From: the human T2T-CHM13v2.0 reference genome, Homo sapiens
Reading direction: 5' to 3' (one strand)
Assembly (NCBI RefSeq): GCF_009914755.1
Contig: NC_060931.1
Length of the DNA stretch: 64,000 bases
The translations under genes and the position numbers were made by a program. The notes under the pieces are model-generated. The model made no database searches, had not been told where the DNA came from, and saw nothing but the letters and a program-made list of their open reading frames with translations. This document shows positions 26,036 to 39,177 of this stretch, piece after piece; position 1 is the first letter of the stretch; every line of letters starts with the position of its first letter.

Positions 26036-27770
26036 TTAATTGTACTAATTGTCCTCGTAGCAAGGATTGTGTACTCACTGAATTCAATTCAACAATCTAA
26101 ATATAATTCAGAATGTGAAAAGCCACGACTAAAACGCAGCCAAAATGTAACGAAAATGCAAGCTTGCTTTGTCTCTCCTTATTCCTTTAAAGTATGTGCA
26201 GGGGTAAGGGATTGTTTTCCCACCACCAGGACTTTTTCAATCAAACTTAGGCCACAAACAGCCCTAAAATCACTTGAAATTACAAACCAGTCCATTGTGA
26301 AACCAGCACATTCAGATTAAGATAACATCACTTCAATCTTTATTCTAGGGTTACACTCCCTCAGCCCTTCCTCATGTTAGGGCCTATATTGAGCAGCCAC
26401 TCACCATCTGTGAAGGGGTGTGTTTAGCTCTTTCTCTCTGCTCCTCACGTTTTTATTTGGCCAGTGACTGGTACTGCAGCACACTGGCTCCTACACACCC
26501 CGATGCTGGCTCTCAGATGATCCTTGCCGTGCCCATTTGCTTCTGAGAATCCCCTTCCTTGCAAGCATCCTCTCGAGTTAGACCTAAATAGCTCTAGACC
26601 TTCTTTTTTTGTGTGATCCATGGGAAAAACTCATATACTCCTTGCCCTGCCATCAATTAGAGATTAATTCCTTCCCAAATGCAATCATCTATTCTCTGTG
26701 CCCTGCCAGAGACCACTTTAAATCTTCTCGGGCAAGAATAAGCCTCCAATTCAAGATGGGCCCACATTTCCAGGAACATGCTTCAAGCTCTCCATCTGCT
26801 CTATGCTTGAGACAGAGTAGCTAGCAACAGCCCACTCCCACTCCCAGACGCACCCCCCAACAGATCCCCTTAAGTTGAAAGTGACTCACCCACATAGCAG
26901 AGAATAGAAATTCTCTTGAAACCTCACAACTCCTTCCCTGCATACTCTGATCTTCCATTTATGGCCTTGATTTGAAGAAGGCTTTGTGGGGTTGGTTCTT
27001 CACCATTTTCTCTGTGAATTCTGCGTTTCGATGCAGCCCTTCATTTTGAAATTTAAAATCGTGTTTTGGCACTTAAGTCGAAGTTTTAGTTTTAGCGTAT
27101 TTTTCTACAAAGGATGTTTATATTTTATTCTAGAATGAGCTACATTAGTAAGAAAAGGCTGCTGACCTGTTAACATTAAAGTAGAATTTAATTTAAAGAA
27201 ACTACTAATTGTCTTCATGGGATTATTGGCTCTAAGATTTGAAAGATAAATCTTTGTGGCAACTGGATTAAAAAGGGCTTTGAAATTACATTTCATTTAG
27301 TCAGTTATTCAAGTCTATAGAATAACTTGTTGAGTCATGTCCAGAATTCACAGATACAACAGGGGTAATTTAATTGAATTGATAAGCTACACTACTGTGC
27401 TTTTAGAAGCTGTAGGCAACTTTCTAAAGATAAAACTCCTATGCTTCTATAGTTTTCAAAGAGATTTCATATATAGGCATGGCATGGTAGGATTGCAGAA
27501 GGGGACAAAACACAACTTCTGGAATAAGATGCAGAATATTCTTCCTTACTTAAAAAGCAAGTTACAAGTACATTTCTATGAGTCTAAAACTGGAAAACAA
27601 GTACACTAGTGTCTTATTGCCTTACATAAATTATAAGTGCATTAAAAGCCTGAACACTTCTTTGGTAAAAAAGTATTCTGTGATGAAACAAGGTGTTTTC
27701 TATTTTATCATTGGGGAATGTAGCAAACCTCAATCTCCACAAACAATGAGATGATCTGTTCTTAGGTTTT

Positions 27771-28136
27771 TGAATAACCGTAGAAATGGGCCTTCCTTGT
27801 CTTAAAACTTGAAACTTACATTTGTCCCATCTGAGTTCCTTGTTTAGAACTGAAACCCACTAGATCCCCACATCCAGAGGATGAGATGTCAAACCTTCAT
27901 TCATCATGATTGCTTTCTTGCCCCTCCCTAATTCCTGTTTTCCCCACTTTCCACGCTACATAAACCCCTAATGTTAGTTTGCTGGAGAGACGGATTTGAG
28001 ACTTATCTCCTGTTCTCCCAATTGACGTTACCCAAATATAAAGTCTTCTGCCCTGGTAATACTCTTTGTCCCAGTGATTAGCTTTCTGCTTGGTGAGCAA
28101 GAAGACCTGGACCCAATCTCTGGCATTTTGGTAACA
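27771..28136 (+). mobile_element. LTR47-like ERV solo LTR
   Basis: TG...CA termini (TGAATAACCGTAGAAATGG...TTGGTAACA). AACTTGAAACTTACATTTGTCCCATCTGAGTTCC and CATTCATCATGATTGCTTTCTTGCCCCTCCCTAATTCCTG match recalled LTR47. TATA-like CTACATAAACCCC at about 27956. Confidence 0.75.
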
Positions 28137-28227
28137 TTCTTATTTTAAAAATAATTCATTCAATTGTAAGCACATGGGACTAATTTGAAAGAAAACTGGA
28201 ATCAAGATTTTCTTGCTCATCGCACAG

Positions 28228-28348
28228 ACCCTGAGATTTGATATTTGTGTTGATGTCAATGGAGCCCCATCAGCTTAGACTTGGGAGGTTTGAATGATGC
28301 CATCCATCACCAATCCAACCAGCTTAAGGACATTAAGCCCAAATCATC
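28228..28348 (+). ncRNA. Candidate non-coding internal exon (121 nt)
   Basis: Acceptor TTTTCTTGCTCATCGCACAG| and donor ATC|GTAAGT. Stop codons in all three frames. Motif evidence only. Confidence 0.28.
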
Positions 28349-29399
28349 GTAAGTTTGTCGCTAATATATCTGGAGAAAGGGGACAAAGTTAATTTTAGAG
28401 AACAGTAGCATTTGTAACATACTCTCTGAAATGTGGACATACATGATATTTATTATGATTTATTTCAAACTATATTTCCCAGAGCACTAGTGTTCTCCAT
28501 AGGTTACATGGAACTTTCATAGAGGCCCCTAGCCAGCTCCAAGCAAAATATTTCTAATCTTATCCATTTTCTATATTTAGATTTCAAATAAGATTTTTTT
28601 GAAAAGGTTATATCAAAAGCCACTTCTCTATTTGCTATGCATGCAGGATTTTGCTGTATGTATACTAGGAAATGAAACTCATAGTCTAATGGGGATAATC
28701 TCTGTACGAGTGTTATACAGTTTCTCAATCTGGGGAGGAAGAGTGGAGCTCATCATGGGTACCAAGTTTGTAGGTAATAAATCTTAGGAAGTTCTGTGAC
28801 TCCCTTCCCACCTGATGTGCTGTAGAGTTTCATAGTTGAGGTTATTTCACTGGGGGAGAGACCCATCTGACCCTACTGAGAGGCCATTTTCTGCTTCGGG
28901 TACTGGAAAAAGAGGCTAAACATAACAACACCCTTTTGGCTTGAGGATTATTATTTGACTTGTGGAGCTCCCTTTGTTGGCAATTTCTTACTGAGAAGGA
29001 TCTCCACATACCTCTGGAACTCTTTTAAGATAGGACTATATTTCTCTGTTAGGCTTTTTATGTCATCAATATTTCTCCTGCTCTATGATTCAATGGAGAG
29101 ATGATAAGAAAGGAATCTCCTGGATTTCCATATATGGGTAAGCTGCATGGAAATTCTGGAAGTCTCTTGATGCCGCTTTCAAGCTCCTGACATATTCAGG
29201 AGAGCGAGATCTGGCATGCATCAAGGCAGCAAGGAGGGCACAGACTGCATTTACAGAACTACATTTTGCTTGGCAATACATTACAGGAGACATCGGCAAA
29301 ACACAAAGACAAAACAAAGGTCACTTATAGAGTATTAGGATGAATGATGCCCAGCACTGCCTAGTGTGATGTCAGAATTAGAACTGAGTATAGAAGCCA

Positions 29400-29950
29400 A
29401 CTTCAGAAACTGTGAAAGGATAGGGGAGCAGGATGACCTAGCTTAATTTGAAGAGACAGTAACTTGCTGGCATCTGGCTACTGAAAAGAACAAAACGGTT
29501 GACCTCCTAGTAGTGCCAGGGACTATCTTAAAAGCAACAATGATCAATGGGTCAGAAGTTATTAAAATAAAGAGACAAAGAAGAGGGACATTATGAAGTT
29601 AAAATGGCAAGATGTCATGATTGGTTGCTTTAGAAATGGGGCAGAATGAATGAAAATGGATGCGAATATTTCTCACCCAGGTAACGTAAGTGTCGGTAGA
29701 GTGATTAATATGAGTGGGCAATTACAGAATCTTGGCTACTTGAGGGAAAGAAATGTAGTTTTGGATATGATAAATGAAAGGAAGTAAAGAGATGAAAACT
29801 AAATCCCAGAAATCAAAAGAAAAGGTAAATCTGAGAGTCCAGGTATAAAGGTGAGACCTGAAGCCATTGCTTTGGGTCACCAATAGAGTACACATTAAGA
29901 AACCAGAGGAAAGGGCCTGGAATTGGGTAGATGAAGGAAAGCAAGAGAAG
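29400..29950 (-). mobile_element. Degenerate L2 fragment
   Basis: Purine-rich sequence with L2-like motifs (GAAGTTAAAATGGCAAGATGTCATGATTGGTTG; GAGAGTCCAGGTATAAAGGTGAGACCTGAAGCCAT). Confidence 0.5.
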
Positions 29951-29964
29951 TACAGTACAGTAAC

Positions 29965-30584
<620 letters not shown>

Positions 30585-30990
30585 TTATAGATAACAGAGA
30601 TTGAAAACTCAACAGTGGGTTAGAAAATAAAGTTAAGGAACTATTCCAGAAAAATGAAAAAAGATGGAAACCAGGTTTAAAAAAGTAAAGGACAAGACCC
30701 AGAAGGCTCAACATCTGAATAACTTGTCTCTCTGGAAAAAGATAGCACACAAATAGATTGAAGACGATCATCCAAGAAGTAATTTTTTTTTAAAATGAGG
30801 TGAGTTTCCAGATTGAAAGTCTTACAGGGTGTCCAATACCAGATGAAAATAGATCCACACCAATGATCATCATTGTAAGGTTTCAGAGTGCTGGAGACAA
30901 TGAAACAAAAAATCCTCTAGAGAGAAAAAAGAAATTCTATACAGAGGATCAAGAATCAGAATGGAATCTGACTTTTTGGATTATACTAGA

Positions 30991-30993
<3 letters not shown>

Positions 30994-31022
<29 letters not shown>
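30994..31022. repeat. Pure A29 homopolymer
   Basis: Counted directly. Not attached to a recognisable SINE body. Confidence 0.95.
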
Positions 31023-31024
<2 letters not shown>

Positions 31025-32669
31025 CAGAACAATGCCTTTAAAACTTTGAAGGAAAAAAGAATTCCCTGCTATAATTCTATACCTAGCCAAGCTATTAATC
31101 AATTGTAAGGGTAAAAATGAAGACATTTTCAAACATGCAATGTCTCAAATACTTTGCCTTCCTTCTACTCCGTTTCAAAAAGGCATTAACAGATGTTTTC
31201 TAGCAGAGGAGGTAGTAATCTAGAAAGAGGAAGAGACAGAATTCAGAAAGCAAGAGAGTCAAGTTAAACTAGAGGCAACAATGAGGAAGGGAGATTCCAG
31301 AATGACAATAGTGCCCCAGGGGCTGCAAAAAAGCCAGTCCATATTAGAACATCATGACTCAAAAGGCAGGCATGTTGAGGGCTGTTATCTCCATGATTTC
31401 TGCTCTAATACTATATTTTTAATCTGGCAGAATAGCTAAAGGAATTGCTTCTTCAAAACAAAGAAGTATGTCATTAAAGAGGTAGTCATGACACACAGGA
31501 GCTAGAGAACCCAAACAAGGAGAAAAGCAAGGGAATTCCAAGGATGATGGACAAAGGGAAGTCCCAGGATGACAGCTATGAAACAAGCCTAGAGATGTCT
31601 CAGAACAAAACAAAATTAAACTAATAAGTTGTTGAAGGATTACTGATGTCATTTATCTCATGAAAAATTAACCTGACAAGCTTTGGGAAGATGTTGAAAT
31701 AATTAGCAATACATATAAAGAAAACTAAGTCAATAAAAAGACAAGGCGTGTATTAACTTCAGGAAAAGCAAAAGTAAAAAAGGAAGCAGAATCATAGTAC
31801 ACCATAATGCTCAGTTGTGAAGAATATTTTCATATGTATAATAATACTAACACTGACTATTGGCTCGACCTCAAAATACAGTATTATTGTGAGTATATGA
31901 GAGAACACACAGAGGGAATGGTGGTATTAGAGAGCTAAATCCTAATCTATCAATATGGGAAATCAACAGATAATGTCTAAAATTGATGAATCAAAAGACA
32001 GAAGTATCATATTATTTAAGAAATATGAAGATGTATAAATACCTGAAGTAATTGCTGAGTCAAAAGTAGTTGCCTTGAGGAGGACTGTAGAAAGTGAAGA
32101 GGAATAGGGCAAGAAGCTTCTATATTCTATATTCTATATTTTTAACAAGTCTCTTAGCAGAATTTACCCTTATGCCTTATACATTATTATGGACTTGAAA
32201 ATATAGCAGCAATTCACACTTCTTCCAAAAAAGAAATGATTTAACATTGACTCTTGATACCAGTAATCATGGAGGCCTGGGTTGGTATGATTATCTGGTC
32301 CAGCAATTTTGACCAAATGGATCGCTTACTCTCCAGGTACTGCAGTTGTGCCAGCACAAAGAATATAACATAGGAAGCTTTCTGCAGCTGGAGTGCAGCT
32401 ACCCAGACCTCCCTGTATTTTGGCTAAGAATACCCTTCATTTAACAAAGAATTATGGCCAGGATTGGATTGCAATACGTTAACCTTTCATTTAACTTAGT
32501 TCATAATGTTGAATTGGTACTAAAATCTATTTATGGCCTTTTCCCTTTTCTACTTTCTTCCAGGAACATTATCTGGCATTCTAAACTTGGGGAAAGTCTG
32601 TATAAGGAATCTCTAAATCTTGGCAGAAAGTATAAATTGTTAGAGATCTCATGAGTAAGACCAAGCTGT

Positions 32670-32860
32670 GGGATGTCTCAGGATTGACCTTCTAGATCAT
32701 CTTTTCCAACCTCCTCATTTTACATATTACAGAAAAAAGCAGCCAAAAAAGGACTACTTGATTTATCCAAGGCCATGCAGCTTACTAATGGCACAGAAAG
32801 GATGAGAATTCAGGTTTCCTGACTTCAGCTCCATGGCTCCTTCTTTACTGTATTACACTA
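32670..32860 (-). mobile_element. MIR (MIR3/MIRc-like)
   Basis: AGATCATCTTTTCCAACCTCCTCATTTTACA...GATTTATCCAAGGCCATGCAGC...AATTCAGGTTTCCTGACTTCAG. Confidence 0.75.
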
Positions 32861-33100
32861 CTAATATAATGATACTGCAGCAAACTAAACTACACTATAC
32901 TACACTGTACAACCCTGTGTCTCACACTGCATTATACCATATTGCTCTCTATATATGACAAAGCAACAAACTACACGACACCTCAGCACACCACTGTACT
33001 ACTCTGTACCACACTACTTTGCACTGTGCTATGCTATGCTACAGTATACTACACTACACCACACCACTCCACACTAAACTACACTAGAAAATACTACATT
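32850..33100. repeat. Degenerate (CTACA)n pentamer array
   Basis: CTACACTATACTACACTGTAC...CTACACTACACCACACCACTCCACACTAAACTACACTAG shows 5-bp periodicity. Confidence 0.8.
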
Positions 33101-33341
33101 ACTGAAGAAATAACCTGGAATGACTTTTAATCTTTAACCTTCTGGAAGCAATCCACAGAAGTCCCCTAATATCCCTAAGTGCAAATTTATTCTAGCCCTA
33201 CTTCTTTTTTTTTTTTAAAGATTTTAAAGGATTTATTAAATAAAGGGAATTGAGGGCTCAAATTGGAAGTGGGCATCAGGGTCAAGGTTATCTGTTGATG
33301 TGTAAAAACTATCTCAAAACTTAGCTAGAAACAATATACTA

Positions 33342-33942
33342 TTTTTTTTAAAAAATCATCTTTTATTGCAGATATAGTGGGAACATGTGTAGGTATGTTA
33401 GATGCGTATATTGCACCCAGATAGTGAGCGTAGTACCCAGTAGGTAGTTTACTTCTGATGCCTCGCTTCCACCTCTAGCAGTCCCCAGTGTCTATTGTTC
33501 CCAAGTTTGTGTCCATATATGCTCAATGTTCAGCTCTCACTTATAAGTGAGAACATGCAGTATTTGGTTTCCTGTTCCTCTGTTAATTCACTTAGGATTA
33601 TGGCCTCCAGCTCCATCTGTGTTGTCACAAAGGACATGATTTCATTCTTTTTTATGGTTGTGCAGTATTCCATAGTGTGTATGTACCACATTTTCTTTAT
33701 CCAAATGTCCATGGATGGGCATTTAGGTTGATTCCATGTCTTTGCTACTGCAAATAGTATGGCAATACATGTACAAGTGCATGCGTCTTTTTGATAGAAT
33801 GATCTATTTTCTTTTGGATGTATACCTAGTAATGGGATTGCTGGGTCAAATGATAGCTCTGTCTTAAGTTCTTTGAGAAATCTCCAAACTGCTTTCCACA
33901 GTGGCTGAACTAATTTACATTCCCAGCAACTGTGTATAACAC
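33342..33942 (-). mobile_element. L1PA15/16-like 3' end
   Basis: CTCACTTATAAGTGAGAACATGCAGTATTTGG. ORF2 C-terminus on the - strand (WIKKMWYIHTMEYCTTIKKNEIMSF...MFSLIS, 33530-33712). Confidence 0.92.
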
Positions 33943-33944
33943 TT

Positions 33945-34220
33945 TAAAAAAAATTTCAGCTTTTATTTTAGATTCAGGGGGTACATGTGTAGGTTTGTTA
34001 CATTGGTATATTGCATGATACTGAGGTTTGGGGTATGATTGATTCTGTCACCAAGGTAGTGAGCATAGTATCCAATAGTTAGTTTTTCAACCCTCCCTCC
34101 CACCGCCCCTTCTCCAGTGTCTATTGTTGCCCTCTTTATGTCCATGTGTACCCAATGTTTAACTCCCATTAATAAGTGAGAACACGCAGCATTTGGCTTT
34201 CTGTCTGTGTTTTAATTTGT
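33945..34220 (-). mobile_element. Second L1PA16-like 3' end, directly adjacent
   Basis: TTTTAGATTCAGGGGGTACATGTGTAGGTTTGTTACATTGG...AAGTGAGAACACGCAGCATTTGG. Confidence 0.9.
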
Positions 34221-34222
34221 AG

Positions 34223-34514
<292 letters not shown>

Positions 34515-34999
34515 ATAGCTCCATTTCTTGAGCTAACACTGACTGTCTTTGTCCCACGCATCCTATCCTAAACCTCTTGCAGTCCTGCAGTGGTCTTTGG
34601 GACACAGTCACCTTCCATGTAGCAGACTGCCATACTCTTTCCTGATTTTCTGGATTGTGCTGGATGCTAATCCAGGGTCATGTCCTTGCGCTGATCCCTG
34701 CACTTCTTCATTGTTTTTTGCCCACTTGCATGGTGCCTCACTTTGAAGCCAGAGTTCTGTGGATGCCTTTCTGTTCTCAAGTCCCTTCTGTGAGATTTTG
34801 GCATCCTTTCTAACAAGCTGAGGAGTTTCTCAGCTCTGACTTTGGACTAAGAAGACCACAGCCTTGCTGTCACCTTGCCCTTTCCCCTACTCCAAGCGTT
34901 GGCACTATCCATCAAGAACTTGGGCTAAGAATGTCATTCCTACTCTTACCAGCAGTAGGAGTATCCTACTACCAGAGAAGAGTTGGATTTGGTGAGAGT

Positions 35000-35200
35000 A
35001 TTTGGCTAAAACTTTGGCCCTTGAACTCAGGTCTGGATTTATCACTTACTAGATGGTGACCTGAATATCAGCTTCCTCACCTCAGAGATGGAGATAATAA
35101 TAAGGCCTCTTCCAGAGGATTGTTGTGAGGATTAAATGTAATCATGCCTAGCCGACTTTTTGCACAGTATAGTAGGTGCTGAATAAATGTTGGGTATTTT
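35000..35200 (+). mobile_element. MIR SINE
   Basis: CACTTACTAG...CAGCTTCCTCACCTCAGAGATGGAGATAATAATA...GGATTGTTGTGAGGATTAAATG...GTAGGTGCTGAATAAATGTTGG. Confidence 0.85.
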
Positions 35201-35237
35201 ATTTCCTTGTATCCTTTAAAAGAGCCTCGGTAACACT

Positions 35238-35330
35238 ATCTGAAACCAAGGTTCAGGAAGGTTGAGTAACTTGTCCACAATCACAGTTACAAGGGATGGA
35301 AATGAGACCAGAAGCCCATGTTCCAACCAC
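35238..35330 (-). mobile_element. MIR core fragment
   Basis: GAAACCAAGGTTCAGGAAGGTTGAGTAACTTGTCCACAATCACAG. Confidence 0.65.
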
Positions 35331-35399
35331 TTCCATATCCTGCCTCTTTGAAAATCAAGCCCCTGGCCAGTCTGAATTTCTGAGCAATGCTCTGCCCAC

Positions 35400-36000
35400 C
35401 TGTTGGGCAGCTCCAGCTTGGATCCCCCCTGGTGTCAGGCGTCTGTCTGAATCGTGACGAGAACATGTTGATCCCTGTTGGACCTGTGCCTAGCCCACCC
35501 AGCAGAAACTTCCCCGCCAGCCTCTGCAGCAAGTACAGCTCTCTCAGCTCCCGTTCCAACCTACAGAGCAGAGCTGGTGCCAATGCTGCTCTCTGCCCCA
35601 GGCCTGTCTGGCTGCAGGTAGGCTGCTCTGACTCACCGGAGAATCCTGAGCTCTGACTCACTTTTTGTCTAATATCTTTTGCAGGGTCAACATGATAGCC
35701 ACATATGGAAGGGGCGTGGAGAAGAAAGGATAGGGGAAAAAGAAGAAAGGTTGTTTTTACCATCAGCCCCGTGTTGAAGTCAACAGGAAATGGCCCAGTG
35801 TGGATCAACCACCATACTGTCCCGAGTAAAAGGGAATGATGATCTCTTCTGAGTGACTTAAGAGTTAATCAGGACCAGGTCGAGAGTTTATCACCCAGAG
35901 TTCCATGTTTGAATTTTGGAGAATTCCCTTTGTTTCATTTCAGCACATTCACTTCAGTGCCCGTGTCTATTTTAATAGCCTGGAATGCAATTCCCTTTGC
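35400..36000. promoter_or_regulatory. Candidate enhancer (tandem AP-1, ETS and TEAD motifs) in GC-richer unique DNA
   Basis: TGACTCA at 35629-35635 and 35654-35660, CAGGAAAT at 35784-35791, and TGGAATG at 35981-35987. Confidence 0.4.
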
Positions 36001-36519
36001 CCATTATTCTCTTTCACTATGGGTTTTTCCGACCCTCGGGGTAGATTTATGCTTCTAGTTGAATGATTACTCAGTGAATGTTTGCCAAGGGATGTTCTGT
36101 TCCAAGAATGACACATCTCTTTGGGGATGACTCTTTACCTAACCAGGGTGGGTGGGAGGTCAGGGGAAGCCCCTACCCAGAAGAAAATAGTTTCTTTGTG
36201 TGCTTGAAGAAAAACACTCAGATGATGAACAGCCTGATTTGGGGGCTGTGTGTGGGTGAGCCACTCCAGTGAAGTCGTCCTCAACGCTCCCTCAGAAGGA
36301 GATTATGAATTTAATGAGCAGAAGAATTCTGACAAGCCTTAAAGCCAAAGGCAATTAGCAAAGGATGAATAACTTGAATTCTTTGCAGTTATGAAATAAT
36401 TTCATCCTAATGAAATTACACATGCATATATCTTTAAAATATGTTTTATCTATATATCTACATGGCACAAAAGACTATAATGTAATCTTCTATGTGCATA
36501 TACAAGCATTTCTTACTGT

Positions 36520-36823
36520 GCATTCAGTGACACACTAGTACTAGGAGATGGGACATGAAAGTAGAGTGCCATGGTCAAATCTAATTGGAAATGCTACATG
36601 CTAGAGCTCCAACATGTATGCACAAAGGCCATTGGGATATTGTCCTTGGATAATGGGGACATCCCCATTGGGATATAAATATTCTGAGAAATCTTACAGT
36701 AAGGATCTTGTTTATTGACTCTCACATTTCAAATATATTTGAACACACAATAATTTCCCTGCCCTAATACCTACTAATGTCCTCAAAGAATCAATGCTCT
36801 ACAATGCACTTTGAGGAATGCTG
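36520..36823 (+). mobile_element. MER113/MER112-like hAT-Charlie element
   Basis: CCATGGTCAAATCTAATTGGAAATGCTAC...ATTCTGAGAAATCTTACAGTAAGG...CACTTTGAGGAATGCTG. Orientation relative to consensus is uncertain. Confidence 0.6.
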
Positions 36824-37149
36824 TGATACTGTAATATGACAGTTTTTGCAGGGCAGACCAAAATGTTCTCTTCTTTGATGATGTCAATGCTGAAAATATT
36901 TTTGCCATTCATGTTTTGCCATTGCTTTAAAATACTATGTGAGGCTCTTTAGAATGTTGTAAATGATGGTCAAACTTTGTTCTTTGAGGTGATTTGGTTT
37001 TTAGAAACTACCTTTACCCAAATGTATGTCTATTGAAATTAGGCAAGTGACTGATTAAGCCAAGCCATACAAGTCAACAGCAAAATATATCTGTCTGACT
37101 GAAAAAAATAAGCTTTTGAGGTCTTTCTCACTTCATAACTGGATAATTA

Positions 37150-37520
37150 CACCAACTTTTGGTCTGGATTCCCCATCTCTGCCTTTTCCCTGCCTTATGC
37201 TATAACACTGGACCAACCTTTCTAAATTCAACGATACCGGGTCACTTTCCTTAATCAGAGCCTTGGGGGTCCCTGGGATGAGTCTTTCCTGCATTGCCCC
37301 ATTTTAAAGATTTCCAAGAATCCCCATGCATGCAACCTTATTTTCTTCCACTCTCCTAATCCATGACATTTTCAAACTCGCGTTCTTAGTGTCTTGAAAT
37401 TTCCTGGGACCTCCTTGTCTTGTGCCAATTGCCTGAGATATTCAACTTTCTTCCTTTGACCAATGTATAATTACTTAAGACCCCACTTATTCTTTATCTT
37501 TTCTTATAGCATTATTAAGT
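37150..37520 (+). mobile_element. Degenerate L2 fragment
   Basis: Pyrimidine-rich with L2-like motifs (ACCTTTCTAAATTCAAC...GTCACTTTCCTTAATCAGAGCCTT). Confidence 0.45.
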
Positions 37521-39177
37521 ATGCACATATTCATCAACGTGATTGTTCTCTAGATGTCTTCAAGATTTCTAGGCTATATTTCAGTCTGAAGAAAGAGGAC
37601 CTATAGAAAAATGACATAAAATATAAGAAATCATTATAATTCTGGAATATATGATATACTCTGGAATACCTGAGATGGTCTCAGATATGTGTCACATTTT
37701 CTCATGTAACATAATTTAGCAAAGAATTATTTACTCCCATAACATAGGACAATTACTTCATATTGCTGACTCTCAACAGCATTTTAAGGTATTCGATGCC
37801 AAAGAGTCACATCTTTCAGTTTTTCTGACTTCTTCTTGCATGTGACACATGTGCAATCTTCTCAAATCTTTTCTAGTATGAGGAAGAGTAAAAAATAAAT
37901 TTTAACTACTTTATAAAAATGTATTGATTATTTTATATGTCAGAGTTTCAGTGGAAACAAGATAGTTAGGCAGTTTCTGCTTAGGTTAATGTTTTGTCAA
38001 TTTCTCCATTCCTCCATTCTATCCTACAATCAAACCATTCCTTCTGGTCTAGGTGCCATTCATTTGGGAGAGACAAAGAGTGTCTTGTGTAATTCAGGAA
38101 TCCACTAATATGGTACTTTCCAAAAAAAAAAATGATACATGAGGATGACCTAAAGAAGTAAGAATGCATAGCCCCAATCCCTGTCTGTTTCCACACCTGG
38201 CCATAGCCCTTCTATATATTCACCATATTGCTCTGAGGGTGTGAGCCATGACTCCTCTCTGGAAAACTCAGCATTACGTAATGTGTGGTTAAGCCCCTGA
38301 GAAACACTGTAGATATAGTATTAGACCAATAATGTGAGGAAGATGAGGTATGAGTGCTTTATGATAAACTGCAACACTGAGGATCATTAAATGCCATTTC
38401 TGACCCCTACTCTGTCTACATTTCATTGTTACCTTGGTAGCAAATTGGCTTTAATTATTATTACAAAATTCTGGTAGACTGGCATATCATCATAATGGCA
38501 AACTCTAGGTTCTGCCCAATTGCCTTACCATTTAAAAACATTTCAAATTTGCAGTACACTGGTCTGATAATTTATTTCCATGAATACCCCATTTCCCGCT
38601 GAAGAGCGGAAGTTATAGAATTTGAGTAACTTCACTGGGACAAAAGAAACTCTGGAGCCCATGGCACACCAAAACCTGCAGGTGTGCTAATGCTAGAAAT
38701 GAGCAAAACATTTATGAATAAATTCAGCACTTTGGTCCTACTGTATATGACCTGACAATGACTAATACTTATTATTATTATTTATTATTATTAGGATGTT
38801 TATATGATCCTAGTATGCTGCAGTGACGTATAAGATCTTCATTGTGGAAAATGTTTTCCCCAGATGATCGTCCAGGTTTCAGAGGCATGGACACAGAGCT
38901 GGAAGTGAGGGACAGAGGTCATCTCCTGGGCGAGTTACCGATCTGTATAGTGATGATTGGCAGAATATTAGAGTGCAAAGGCACAGTGATAGATACCCTG
39001 CTGAAAAGTACACATCACAGCCATTCTTTTAGACTTGTAGAAATTTGGAGATGTCTATGTGACTTAAAGTGTCACCTGATTTTAACCCTTTCATCATTAA
39101 ATCCATTGATGTAAAAAATGTAACATGAGAAAAATTAAATCCTGTGTATTTTTTCTTGGAGAGAGGATTGTTACAGT

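Noticed and set aside
35287-35808. 173-aa - strand ORF over the GC-richer island
   Set aside because: No recognisable domain, runs into a MIR, and high GC inflates ORF length.
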